This document shows positions 48,721 through 58,337 of a stretch of DNA of 64,000 nt, piece after piece; the stretch's first letter is position 1, and the number at the start of each line of letters is the position of its first letter. The position numbers and the translations under genes were made by a program. The stretch comes from a virus. Under the pieces are notes generated by a model, which did not search any database, was not told where the DNA came from, and saw nothing but the letters and a program-made list of their open reading frames with translations. The DNA lies in the IMG/VR virus record IMGVR_UViG_3300049582_000032, positions 1-64,000 of that record. One strand, written 5' to 3'.

Positions 48721-49890
48721 ATGATACTCTCCTACAAGTTCAGGCTGTACCCAAACAGGGCTCAGGCGGTTGGCCTTACCGAAATGCTTGGCTCTCTGTG
48801 TGACCTCTACAACGCCGCTTTGCAACAACGAATCGAGGCATACCAGAGACAGGGGAAGACCTTGCGATATGTCGAGCAATCTTCCGAACTGAAATCTGTG
48901 CGTGCCGTTGATGCCTGCCTTGGCAGCTTCAGTTTCAGCACAGAACAACAGGTATTGCGGCGTCTTGATAAGGCATTCAAGGCATTCTTCGGTCGTTTGA
49001 AGAAGGGTGGTAAGGCAGGGTTCCCAAGGTTCCGGGCGAAATCCATGTTCGATAGTGCTGAGATGCGCGTTGGTGACGGGCTCACAATCCGTAAGAGCAA
49101 GCGTCTCGGGATTGTTGGTATTCCGGGAGAGATCAAGGTTAAGTGGCACAGGAAACTGCCAGTGGAAGCAAAGCTCGGCGGGGCCGTTGTCTCCAGGTCT
49201 AATGGGCGCTGGTACATCTGCTTTCAGATCAAGCTGCCTGATATCACGATCACACGAAACGGCCCCGCAATTGGTATCGATGTGGGCCTGTCGTCGCTGA
49301 TTGCCACGTCGGATGGCGAGACGGTGGCCGCGCCGCGTTGGACCTGCAAGGCGGCGAAAAAGCAACGACGGCTTCAGCGTGCGCTCGCTCGTTGCCGCCG
49401 AAACAGCAGACGGAGATTGAAGGTCAAACGAAACCTCGCTCGGCATAGCGCCAGAGCCGCCAACCGCCGTCGCGACTTCCTGCATAAGCTCTCGCGGTCG
49501 CTGGTCGATCGCTATGCCGTGATCGCAATCGAAGATTTGAGCGTTGATCGATTGGCCCGGTCGATACTCGCAAAGTCTGTTCATGATGCCGCATGGGGCC
49601 AACTTCGGCAGTTCCTGACTTACAAGGCTGAAAGTGCCGGTTCGGAAGTGATTGCCGTCGACCCGCGCGGGACCTCGCAACTGTGCTCGGAGTGTGGGTG
49701 TCACGTCCCGAAAACTCTTGCCGTTCGCTGGCACAACTGCCCGGAATGCGGATATTCCGCCGACCGGGATGTCAACGCTGCCCGAAACGTGCTTCTTCGA
49801 GCCAACCTTCTGCGGCCTGGAACGGGCCTTGGAGCGCAAAGCGTGCCGGGTGCGGCGAAGCTTGCTCCAGAAGCCGTCTGCTTTAGCTGA
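48721..49890 (+). CDS. tnpB: RNA-guided endonuclease TnpB
   Basis: YKFRLYP, GIDVG, IEDL, TSQLCSECG, DRDVNAA.N. Confidence 0.95.
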   Translation: MILSYKFRLYPNRAQAVGLTEMLGSLCDLYNAALQQRIEAYQRQGKTLRYVEQSSELKSVRAVDACLGSFSFSTEQQVLRRLDKAFKAFFGRLKKGGKAGFPRFRAKSMFDSAEMRVGDGLTIRKSKRLGIVGIPGEIKVKWHRKLPVEAKLGGAVVSRSNGRWYICFQIKLPDITITRNGPAIGIDVGLSSLIATSDGETVAAPRWTCKAAKKQRRLQRALARCRRNSRRRLKVKRNLARHSARAANRRRDFLHKLSRSLVDRYAVIAIEDLSVDRLARSILAKSVHDAAWGQLRQFLTYKAESAGSEVIAVDPRGTSQLCSECGCHVPKTLAVRWHNCPECGYSADRDVNAARNVLLRANLLRPGTGLGAQSVPGAAKLAPEAVCFS

Positions 49891-49973
49891 CGGAGTGTTC
49901 ACTTTGTTTTAATTCCCTCAAAAATCAGTGTACTATTACCATAGGCCGCTCATGGTCTGCAAGGGAGCTTTAG

Positions 49974-50300
49974 ATGGACATATGGGAGAAGGAGGCTGCG
50001 CTCTGGCAGCTTGGAGGAGGAAGAGAAAGCAAGCCGGGCAAGGTGGCGATGGAGTTTGCGTGGTATTCCGAGTCCCATCACAAGGAGTTGGCTAATCTCA
50101 ATCCTCCTGGCGTTGTGTTCCTTGTCAGGGTGAACGGGCAAAGGAAGGCCGCAACCTTGATCTCGAAAGATTCGGAGGCTGTAGAGCGGTACGGAAAACC
50201 TGACGCAAAGTACCAGGGGCGATTTCAACGACACATGGAATTCCCGGCTGCTGCGGATCAGGTGCCGATTGGGTTCGAGGGCAACGATCCCCCACCATAA
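49974..50300 (+). CDS. Hypothetical protein
   Basis: AGGGAG RBS. Confidence 0.55.
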   Translation: MDIWEKEAALWQLGGGRESKPGKVAMEFAWYSESHHKELANLNPPGVVFLVRVNGQRKAATLISKDSEAVERYGKPDAKYQGRFQRHMEFPAAADQVPIGFEGNDPPP

Positions 50301-50379
50301 TCAACAATTGCAAAATCCTGTGCCATTTGCTACATTTTCCTGATCTCCAATCTGAAGAAATCAGAACAAGGAAGCCAGG

Positions 50380-51243
50380 ATGGCAATCTCTAGCAGGATT
50401 TTCACGTTCGATCATGGGGGAAACTCCATGAAAATAAGTTACGATGGCACCCAGGATGTTCACACGCCCAACCAGCAGGACAAAACGGTGGTTATTGTCC
50501 AGCATGGCAACAGCAGGGACAGTGCTGGCATTGCAAGATCGGTAGAAAGATCCGCTCAGGAAGCCGGTGTCGATGCTGATGATTTCGCGGTGTTTTCCGT
50601 TGATTTCACCACATCATCCGACAAGAAGTCAGGCCAGCCGTATTGGACAAGCAGCGGATGGAAGGGTGGCGATCTTTCGGTGGATGCTTCCCCAGGTCCA
50701 AGGGTTTCGTCGTTCGATGTTATCAACGATCTCATTGCTGAAGTCTCCGAGAACTTCCCAGCCATGGAGAAGCTTGTCATCACAGGCCACAGCGCTGGCG
50801 GTCAGTTCGTCTCCCGCTACATTGGGGGTGCCGATCTCTCTTCCGTTCCAGCCGATGTTGATGTCGATTTCATTGCCGCGAACCCCTCATCCTGGATGTG
50901 GCTCGACGAGAAGGTCCCCTACAAATACGGCTTGGATGATCTCAACAGCTACATGGCCAAGATCGGTGCGGATGGCATCGTGGATAATCTTCAGGAGCGT
51001 GGCCTTACCATCATGATCGGCACTGAGGACACGAGCCGTGTCAATGATCTGGACACGAGCCGCTATGCCGAGTTGCAGGGGCGAAATCGCTATGAGCGCG
51101 CTCAGAACTACGACGAGCACCTTGACGAGTATTTCAACGGTGCATCCAATCACGAGTATGTGGAGGTTCCTGGAGTTGGACACAGCCACGGCGGAATGTA
51201 CCGTTCCTCAATTGGAGAGGATCTTCTTTGGGGAGATATGTAG
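50380..51243 (+). CDS. Alpha/beta hydrolase, paralog 2 (alternative start 50428)
   Basis: VQHG, GHSAGGQ, ANPSSW, VPGVGH. Confidence 0.88.
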   Translation: MAISSRIFTFDHGGNSMKISYDGTQDVHTPNQQDKTVVIVQHGNSRDSAGIARSVERSAQEAGVDADDFAVFSVDFTTSSDKKSGQPYWTSSGWKGGDLSVDASPGPRVSSFDVINDLIAEVSENFPAMEKLVITGHSAGGQFVSRYIGGADLSSVPADVDVDFIAANPSSWMWLDEKVPYKYGLDDLNSYMAKIGADGIVDNLQERGLTIMIGTEDTSRVNDLDTSRYAELQGRNRYERAQNYDEHLDEYFNGASNHEYVEVPGVGHSHGGMYRSSIGEDLLWGDM

Positions 51244-51308
51244 CAAGGAACCCCTGCACCTGATATGGTGTTTCCTCCAGAACAACTTTGGAGCAGGGAC
51301 CAAGAGCC

Positions 51309-51482
51309 ATGAGCGAAGAGAAACAGAAAGACCCGCAAATCGAGGAGCTTGAGAAGGAAGTCCAAAAGTCGTACGAGCTTGGTGATGGACCAGACGAGGA
51401 AGAGAACGAGGTCCATAGGAATGAACAGGACAAGGACGTGACCGTGCCGGAAGAAGGCGTGCCAAGCCCAAGCGTTCGGTAG
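51309..51482 (+). CDS. Small acidic protein
   Basis: 57 aa, Glu-rich. Confidence 0.5.
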   Translation: MSEEKQKDPQIEELEKEVQKSYELGDGPDEEENEVHRNEQDKDVTVPEEGVPSPSVR

Positions 51483-51626
51483 GTTTGTCTTGAAGTTGAT
51501 GTAAGTTCCAAGCCCCGGCAGGTGACGCCCACTTGTCGGGGTTTTCCATGCCTGCAACAACAAAGAGTTGACCTGCCGCCCATTCTCCGGTATAGTCGCC
51601 TTGGGGGTCGAAAGCTGGAGAAGACA

Positions 51627-52220
51627 ATGAAACGTGCCCTGATGTTGAGCGTTGCGGCTGTAGCGTTCTCGACGAGTTCCGTTGCCGCTGAAGTGTGCAA
51701 TAGCAAGGTAAGGTCAGCCCCTGAGCATATCGTTCGGCTGGTCCACGAGATAGCGCCAAGGCATAACGTTGATCCTGGCCTCGTGTTGGCGATGATCTCT
51801 GTTGAGTCGGCCTTCGATCATAAGGCGGTGTCGCACAAGAACGCCCGTGGCCTGATGCAGATTATCGGGGCTACGTTCGAGCGTTTCGGGACTGGCGATG
51901 TCTTCAATCCTCAAGACAACATCGGCGGTGGGGTCAGGTTCATGCGCTGGTTGCTGGATCGCTTCAAGGGTGACGTGTCCCTGGCATTGGCTGGTTACTC
52001 CGCAGGACCGGGGGCTGTGGCCAAACATGGTGGCATACCTCCATACAAAGAGACGATACAGTACGTCAGGAAGGTTCTGTCCAGGTATGGCTGCCCGATT
52101 GCTGTAGTGGCGATGCCAGAGCCGCAAGCCACACAGAATCCCGCCAAGGTTACTGAGATCAGCTACGTAAATCCATGGGAACCGGCTGGCCTCAGAAAAC
52201 AAACAAGCGTGGGCTGGTAA
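51627..52220 (+). CDS. Exported lytic transglycosylase (SLT)
   Basis: Signal peptide; ISVESAF, ARGLMQI, ALAGYSAG, IPPYKET..YV; GCTGGAGAA RBS. Confidence 0.92.
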   Translation: MKRALMLSVAAVAFSTSSVAAEVCNSKVRSAPEHIVRLVHEIAPRHNVDPGLVLAMISVESAFDHKAVSHKNARGLMQIIGATFERFGTGDVFNPQDNIGGGVRFMRWLLDRFKGDVSLALAGYSAGPGAVAKHGGIPPYKETIQYVRKVLSRYGCPIAVVAMPEPQATQNPAKVTEISYVNPWEPAGLRKQTSVGW

Positions 52221-52261
52221 AGAAGAGTTGACACATATGATGCATCGATGTATGATGACTT

Positions 52262-52546
52262 TTGTTGGGTTGGAAAAGAGGTATGGTGATGATCGCGGTA
52301 ATCGACAATCTGGATCAGTACGATCACTTATACGAGTGGGCCACAAATGAGTATGGTCCTTCGATAGAAAGCGGAAAGACTGTCTGGAGCAATGCATTCT
52401 ATGGGCCTCCAAAAGCAACAGACAGATACAGCGTCGATCAACTTACTCGTATTGGTATGGTTGGGGTTTATCGCAAGAGAGATGGAAAGCCACTTACCAT
52501 TCTGAAATCAGAATTCTATGTCCTGAATAATCTGTTGGAGCGATAG
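52262..52546 (+). CDS. Hypothetical protein (start uncertain)
   Basis: Downstream of promoter at 52228. Confidence 0.5.
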   Translation: MLGWKRGMVMIAVIDNLDQYDHLYEWATNEYGPSIESGKTVWSNAFYGPPKATDRYSVDQLTRIGMVGVYRKRDGKPLTILKSEFYVLNNLLER

Positions 52547-52550
52547 AGAT

Positions 52551-52949
52551 ATGTCTACGATGCCTAAGCGTGTTCACTTTGATCCAATGGCCGATGGTGG
52601 GTGCCCGCAGTGCGAGTGGGTTGAAGACAATTTCGGGGTCCATTTGTTCAAGATGTGTGAATTGCACCAGAAGATTGGTGAGCTGGAGGAAGAGAGGATT
52701 TTCGACAAACAGTGCTACGATATAATGAGTGATATGTTCAACAAGGTGTGCTCAATCCTTGATGTTGGTGAAGAGGAAGATGCTGCCGCTGTTGCCAGGG
52801 ATCGAATGGAGGATATCAGATATCTTGATAAGATCTGCAAAAGGATTGATGCCATGAATCTATGGACCGCGATAAACTATCGTGAAGATGATGATAGGCT
52901 GGATTATTTAGAGAATTGTCCTGAAGCCCCTATAAAGGTGACAACATGA
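52551..52949 (+). CDS. Hypothetical protein with CxxC
   Basis: Operon member. Confidence 0.55.
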   Translation: MSTMPKRVHFDPMADGGCPQCEWVEDNFGVHLFKMCELHQKIGELEEERIFDKQCYDIMSDMFNKVCSILDVGEEEDAAAVARDRMEDIRYLDKICKRIDAMNLWTAINYREDDDRLDYLENCPEAPIKVTT

Positions 52950-53377
52950 AAGCAATCGAGAAAGCTGAGGCTGCAATGCGCGAGGCACATGACAAGCACA
53001 AGGATAAGTTCATCAACCCGTGGGAGTGGGCAACGCCGAACACTCAGAAGGTGATTTCTCATGCGGATGTTGTGAAGCCGTTTGCGACGTTCACGGTCTT
53101 GGGTGTTTCAGAGAATGGGCGTGGTGGCAAGGCGGTTGCGGTTCATCATTCAAGGAAGCGCGATGAGGCAAGGGAGTATGTGCGACTTCAGCAAGAGCAA
53201 GGCGCGAAGCATGAGTTTTTCGGAAGAGCTTCCTTTGTCACGGTGCGCTCCAATTCCAGCATTGCTGAGAGATACATGTCACAATTGCCGAAGGAGCAGG
53301 TCAAGCAGCAGGCGTCAGAGCCGAAGAGACAGCCAAAGGCTCATCGGAAGGAACAGCAGCTTACCATGGGGTTCTAG
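52946..53377 (+). CDS. Hypothetical protein
   Basis: ATGA overlap. Confidence 0.6.
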   Translation: MKAIEKAEAAMREAHDKHKDKFINPWEWATPNTQKVISHADVVKPFATFTVLGVSENGRGGKAVAVHHSRKRDEAREYVRLQQEQGAKHEFFGRASFVTVRSNSSIAERYMSQLPKEQVKQQASEPKRQPKAHRKEQQLTMGF

Positions 53378-54126
53378 TGAACGACTTCCTCAAGTGGATT
53401 AATGATCCAGAGACACTTCATAACAACCGGAATAGGGTGGTTGATGCTGTCAGACCGGAGATCCAGCACGCGGCATGGGTTCTGGATCTTCCGAAGGTAA
53501 CGGCACAATCGAGGCCGGGGCGTTACCTTGCTGCCAGGGGGCTTTGGTTTGATGGCCGCTATCCCAACGATCTGAGGATTGCCGGCAATGGCGACATGAT
53601 TACTCTCCTTCGGGATCGTAATGGGTTGGTGTGCTCATATCAAAAAACTGTCCTCAAGGAGGGGCCGCTGGGATACCCCTACAAAGAAAAGTCAGTCATG
53701 ATGAAGAACCCGGATGGATACAAGATTCCACGCGATGCCGCCATTCGTTTGGGGACTGCCTTTCGTGTTATGGGTGTTGGGGAAGGGACAGAAACAGCGC
53801 TGTCTGCCTTGAAGAGGTTCGGCGTTACGACATGGGCTCTTGGCGGCTCATCAAGGATGGAGATGTGGACGCCTCCTGTTGGGATTAAGGCGCTTCACAT
53901 CTTCAAGGACAGGACGAGCGACAAGGAGCTTGAGAAGGCTAGAGCAATCGGTGGCATCTCTCCTGTTGACAAGGCGGCTCAGGTATTGAGAGGGCGTGCG
54001 CACAAGCTTGGGATAGCCGTTACGGTGCACGAGCCTGAGAGGGGTATAAGGCTGGATAACGGCAGGCCAATCAGCGATTTCAATGATGTCTTGAGGAATG
54101 AAATGAGCATGGAGATGCAAAGATGA
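53377..54126 (+). CDS. Toprim-domain primase-like protein
   Basis: YLAARGL, AAIRLG, VGEGTETALS, IFKD, DFNDVL. Confidence 0.82.
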   Translation: MNDFLKWINDPETLHNNRNRVVDAVRPEIQHAAWVLDLPKVTAQSRPGRYLAARGLWFDGRYPNDLRIAGNGDMITLLRDRNGLVCSYQKTVLKEGPLGYPYKEKSVMMKNPDGYKIPRDAAIRLGTAFRVMGVGEGTETALSALKRFGVTTWALGGSSRMEMWTPPVGIKALHIFKDRTSDKELEKARAIGGISPVDKAAQVLRGRAHKLGIAVTVHEPERGIRLDNGRPISDFNDVLRNEMSMEMQR

Positions 54127-54392
54127 GTGAGTTCCAGAAGGCCCGAAAGGGAGCGAACACCAACAATGCCACTGAAATTAACTACACTGCCACAAAGGAA
54201 GGTGCCGTACTCCACACGAAGGATGGTGATACCACAATCCCATTGAAGAAGCTTGGTGAGATGTACACGAAGGCTTTGGAGTTGCATAGGGCTCATCTAT
54301 CACAGGATAGGTCAAAGCTTGTAAAAGGAATTGATTTCAACAACAAAAGAGATTATGATCCAAATGAAATGAGGTATAACCGTAGTCGGTGA
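54123..54392 (+). CDS. Hypothetical protein
   Basis: ATGA overlap. Confidence 0.55.
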   Translation: MSEFQKARKGANTNNATEINYTATKEGAVLHTKDGDTTIPLKKLGEMYTKALELHRAHLSQDRSKLVKGIDFNNKRDYDPNEMRYNRSR

Positions 54393-54393
54393 T

Positions 54394-54909
54394 ATGCAGA
54401 TCCCTGATGACATTCACGTATATGGAGACAAGAACTTCAGGGGTATGTGTCCTGAAGAAAAGCACGAGATAGCTTCATTCTTCCAGGAACTAAGGTTACG
54501 ATATCCGGATCTTGCAAAGACAGCGTGCCATGTCCGCAATGAAGGTAAGCGCACCAGATGGGAAGCGTACAAGCATAAGAAAGAGGGTATGGTTCCGGGG
54601 ATAGCTGACATAGTGATAGGGGGGATACCGACAGCTTTCATAGAACTCAAACGCAGAGATCATACTCAGAGCAAGCTGCCTACAGGACAGATTGAGTGCC
54701 TAAGAGCGGCAAAAAGCCAGGGGTGTTTTGTTGCGATAGCCCTTGGTGCGGAAGCCGCAATGAGGGCTGTAGAGCGATGGATGGCGTTATCTAAGAAGGT
54801 TGAGAACGTTCTTGCTCAGAACGGCCTGACGAAGGAGAACGGATATGGCTCCAGGGAAAAGAGAGAACAGACTAAGGTGGCGGATTTCTCCAGATCGCTC
54901 AACAGATGA
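54394..54909 (+). CDS. VRR-NUC nuclease
   Basis: HVRNEGKR, EGMVPGIADI, FIELKR, Q. Confidence 0.85.
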   Translation: MQIPDDIHVYGDKNFRGMCPEEKHEIASFFQELRLRYPDLAKTACHVRNEGKRTRWEAYKHKKEGMVPGIADIVIGGIPTAFIELKRRDHTQSKLPTGQIECLRAAKSQGCFVAIALGAEAAMRAVERWMALSKKVENVLAQNGLTKENGYGSREKREQTKVADFSRSLNR

Positions 54910-55120
54910 CTACGCTGTGAACGAGAACGGGGAACCGGCATTTCTGGTTGAACTCAGCCCGTTCGATGGGTGGATTTTGCACGAGCCAAAGATGACGGAA
55001 TACTGTGGTATGCGGATTATCGTATGGGAGCCTGTATGGGAGTGCGACAGGAAGGAACAGGCTATTCGGGAAGCCGATATCCGTCACAGGTGCAGAAAAA
55101 GTGTTGACGTGACGCCTTGA
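54845..55120 (+). CDS. Hypothetical protein
   Basis: GAAGGAG RBS. Confidence 0.45.
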   Translation: MAPGKRENRLRWRISPDRSTDDYAVNENGEPAFLVELSPFDGWILHEPKMTEYCGMRIIVWEPVWECDRKEQAIREADIRHRCRKSVDVTP

Positions 55121-55165
55121 GAATGGCATGATGACGGGCATTCAAGCAAGGACCGGGGTGAAACT

Positions 55166-55756
55166 ATGATTGTCTCCTTCGTCTCTAAATACCGCAAGGT
55201 CGGCAAGAACCATGCTTGCGAGACCATCGTCAAGAGCAAGGTAGCTGGCAAGGTGCAGTTGGTTGAGTTTACCTCGGCGCTGAAGGTGTGTGCCGATCTC
55301 TTCATGGACGAGAGCCACGACAAGCACAGCATTGTCCCATGGTTCGGTGTGTCAAAGATCGACGTTGTGAACGCGATCAGCGGGGCGCTTGAGAGGCTTC
55401 ATCCTGAGATCCCGGTTATGAAGATCAAGGATGAGATCGAGCGGCTTGTCATCGACGGCTGGCACGTTCTTATCCCGGATGTTCGCAGGCAGCGTGAGTT
55501 CGAGTGGCTGGACATGATTGCCGAGCGTCATGGATTTGACCATCACATCCTTGAGGTTTTCCCCGTGGACAAAGAGGGGATGATGATGGACACATGGCAG
55601 AGCGCAACCGGAGAGCCGTGCGGTTATGAGGTCTGGAGGGACAGGCGGCGCTCCATCATCGCCAATGATGGGACGGAAGATTTCGATGCGTGGGCTGTTT
55701 CTGTATTCCGGTCTTTTTTGAGAGACACGGAAAAGCATAAACATGAGGAAGCATGA
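55166..55756 (+). CDS. Deoxynucleoside monophosphate kinase-like protein (divergent)
   Basis: VGKN, F.SALK, VLIPDVR..RE, IIANDGT. Confidence 0.6.
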   Translation: MIVSFVSKYRKVGKNHACETIVKSKVAGKVQLVEFTSALKVCADLFMDESHDKHSIVPWFGVSKIDVVNAISGALERLHPEIPVMKIKDEIERLVIDGWHVLIPDVRRQREFEWLDMIAERHGFDHHILEVFPVDKEGMMMDTWQSATGEPCGYEVWRDRRRSIIANDGTEDFDAWAVSVFRSFLRDTEKHKHEEA

Positions 55757-55885
55757 TGAGCACACTAATTGTCAGCGTCTTAAGGAAAGACAGAGGCGAT
55801 TGGCCGAACGCACGTTTGTTGGTTCACAATGATGGCGCTCATAATTTCGACAAGTGGATATATGAACTGAAGACGGAGCTTTTTA

Positions 55886-56581
55886 GTGGCTAATCCGCTG
55901 GATAAGTACATGATTACAGACGCTGATCATGAGCGGCGTAAACGTGTTCTTGGGGGCAGTGACGCAACCATACTGGCGAAGGGGCGGCTGGATGACATCA
56001 TCGATTTATGGAAGTTGAAGACTGGCTTGAAAAGCCCGAGCAAGGCGTTTCCTTCACTTGCCCAGCTTTTGGGAACAGCAACCGAGCAATTGAACGCCGA
56101 CTATTTCGAGGCAAGCACAGGCAGGCTGGTATGGGGTAGGAGCACGAATCTCACGCACCCGGAACATCAGTGGCTCGGCTTGTCTGCTGACGGATTTACG
56201 AAATCGGATGACGGCAGAGACGCATATCTTGAATTCAAGTTCATATCATGGAACAAGGATTTAAACAGACTGTATGAAGAACGCCGTTATGAGTTTGAAA
56301 ATCTTATTAGGAGAAGGGCATGGGCGGAAGAGGTGATCCTACCAAGGATCTTTGATACCTACTACGCACAGTGCCAACACGCGATGTTTGTAAGTGGTCT
56401 TGAAGTTGCAATACTCTGCCCTATAATCGGAAATGAGCAATACCCACGGGAGTTCGAGTTCGATCCAGAATATTTGGATGCTCTGTTCGATCTTGAACAG
56501 CGATTTTGGACGTTTGTAGAACTTAAGATAGAGCCAGATGAATCAGTCATGGGAGGAGTGAGTTTTGAACGAGCAGGATAG
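55886..56581 (+). CDS. YqaJ / lambda-exonuclease-family nuclease
   Basis: LGGSDA, LW..KTG, LSADG, LEFK, YYAQCQHAM.V.G, FW..V. Confidence 0.85.
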   Translation: MANPLDKYMITDADHERRKRVLGGSDATILAKGRLDDIIDLWKLKTGLKSPSKAFPSLAQLLGTATEQLNADYFEASTGRLVWGRSTNLTHPEHQWLGLSADGFTKSDDGRDAYLEFKFISWNKDLNRLYEERRYEFENLIRRRAWAEEVILPRIFDTYYAQCQHAMFVSGLEVAILCPIIGNEQYPREFEFDPEYLDALFDLEQRFWTFVELKIEPDESVMGGVSFERAG

Positions 56582-56807
56582 AAGTGATTTCTCGGATGCC
56601 TTCGATGAACTGAAGGACGAACTAAGCTATGCGGTCAAGGACCATGGGTTCGACGCGGCATTTCGTGCACTGATTACACTAACTGCAATTCTTGCTTTGG
56701 AACTGTATGAGGATCATGCAGAGGCCAGCAAGGCAATGACAGAAATATTCTCCGAGGAATCACTGGCTAGGCTTGTTTCCTTAACATCTATCAAAAGAAT
56801 GAGTTGA
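56565..56807 (+). CDS. Hypothetical protein
   Basis: GGAGGAG RBS, TTG start. Confidence 0.55.
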   Translation: MNEQDRSDFSDAFDELKDELSYAVKDHGFDAAFRALITLTAILALELYEDHAEASKAMTEIFSEESLARLVSLTSIKRMS

Positions 56808-56870
56808 CATATACATCATTCTTTGGTAACATTTGGAACATCAACGGTATAGCGAAATTGGAGAAAAGAT

Positions 56871-57257
56871 ATGACGAACAAAGTTGAGCTTGAGGGGTTT
56901 GTTGGACAGGATGGAGAGATGAAAACTCTTCCTGGCGGTGCATCGGTTTTCAACTTCTCTATTGCGACAACTGACTCGTGGAAAGATCGCAACACAGGGG
57001 AACAAAAGAAGGTAACGGAATGGCATCGTGTTGTCTGCTATGGAAAAGTTGCCGATGAAGTTGCCAGCTTTGTAAAAAAAGGGGCTTTGGTTTATGTTCG
57101 TGGAAAGCTCAAGAACCGCAGTTGGACAAATCCGTCTGGAGAAAGGCGAACGACTACCGAAGTCCAGGCATACGAGGTTTTGCAGAAGGAGCGCCACGCG
57201 GCAGGGTCAGGCTGGACGCGGCAGGCTGCCGATCTGGATGATACCGTACCCTTCTAG
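56871..57257 (+). CDS. ssb: Single-stranded DNA-binding protein
   Basis: NKV.L.G.VG.D, TEWHRVV, KG..VYV.GKL..RSW, DDTVPF tail. Confidence 0.95.
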   Translation: MTNKVELEGFVGQDGEMKTLPGGASVFNFSIATTDSWKDRNTGEQKKVTEWHRVVCYGKVADEVASFVKKGALVYVRGKLKNRSWTNPSGERRTTTEVQAYEVLQKERHAAGSGWTRQAADLDDTVPF

Positions 57258-57280
57258 CATCTGACCGCTGGAGAGAAAGC

Positions 57281-57724
57281 ATGACGAAGCGCAACAAGTT
57301 GCAGAAGCATCTACGCAAGGCCATAAAGCAAGCCGAGAAGGCATGGTGGATGCACCTGCAAGTAGATACGAGTCCGGAGAATCTTGCCCTTGCCAAACAG
57401 TTACGTGATGTTGCTGATTTGCTTGTAAGCGCTTCGTCTGATGTCCATGCACCCCCAGTGAACACTGGCGGTCCTGGATACGAGATCATCACAGACCCGG
57501 AGGTTGCCAAGACCAAGCTTGCCATGCTCGCCGCCGAACATGACGGACACAATTTTCTGACGATGACCGAGGAGGAAGCAGAGCCATACACGAAGGAAGC
57601 TTCCATATGGGTGACGTGGCACGTAAGGGACAGTAAGCCGCTTGTGTTCCCTCCAAAGAGCGTGATGCTTACAGAGAATGGTGGGCTTGTAGTCGAGTGC
57701 AGGGAATTGCCGGAAAATGGGTAA
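57281..57724 (+). CDS. Hypothetical protein
   Basis: GCTGGAGAG RBS. Confidence 0.6.
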   Translation: MTKRNKLQKHLRKAIKQAEKAWWMHLQVDTSPENLALAKQLRDVADLLVSASSDVHAPPVNTGGPGYEIITDPEVAKTKLAMLAAEHDGHNFLTMTEEEAEPYTKEASIWVTWHVRDSKPLVFPPKSVMLTENGGLVVECRELPENG

Positions 57725-58337
57725 GCGGGCATTCCAGGAAGCATTCAGCGGGGAATTCGATAGGGTAGAGAGAGATTTCTACCCTACTCCCGCAAGCGCT
57801 GTTGATCCACTGTTGCCGTTCTTGGAGTACGAAAGAAAGTCAGGTGACTTCCTTGGATGGTCCGAGCCTTGTGTTGGTGGCGGGGCTATAGTTGATGCTC
57901 TTAAGTCAAGTTATCCGAACATGGTTTTCTCGTGTGATATCGAACCAACCGGGAAAGCAAGACCGTATTCCGATTTATGCAACTGCCATGAGATTACGGA
58001 AGACATATGCCTTGAGTGCGGAATAGATGTCTTCATCACCAATCCGCCGTGGCCTGCCAAGTTCCTAAAAGGCGAGCCAACTACTGGCATCATCAAGCAC
58101 CTGTCAGGTCTCAGGCCAAGCTGGTTTCTGCTTTCCGCAGATATCGCCCACAACGGATACATGGCTCATCTGTTGCAGAGATGTACGCACATCGTTTCCG
58201 TTGGCCGCGTGAAATGGATACCTGGAAGCAAGAACACTGGCGTTGACAACTGCGCTTGGTATCGGTTCGACGCCAAGGAGTCCCCAACGGTCCCAAGGTT
58301 TTATGGGAGGGGAATTGTCCCCCCTAGTGCAGTCTGA
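57717..58337 (+). CDS. SAM-dependent DNA (amino) methyltransferase
   Basis: DFYPTP, EPCVGGG, DI, ITNPPW. Confidence 0.82.
   Translation: MGKRAFQEAFSGEFDRVERDFYPTPASAVDPLLPFLEYERKSGDFLGWSEPCVGGGAIVDALKSSYPNMVFSCDIEPTGKARPYSDLCNCHEITEDICLECGIDVFITNPPWPAKFLKGEPTTGIIKHLSGLRPSWFLLSADIAHNGYMAHLLQRCTHIVSVGRVKWIPGSKNTGVDNCAWYRFDAKESPTVPRFYGRGIVPPSAV

Larger units (their letters stand above)
48285..49902 (+). mobile_element. IS200/IS605 element with co-oriented tnpA-tnpB; left end not defined
   Basis: Right-end hairpin CCGTCTGC-TTTA-GCTGACGG then TCAC at 49899-49902; TTGCAT-N17-TATATG promoter before tnpA. Confidence 0.8.

Noticed and set aside
48259-49902. 547-aa minus-strand ORF spanning the IS
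   Set aside because: Antisense shadow of tnpA/tnpB; no recognisable motifs.
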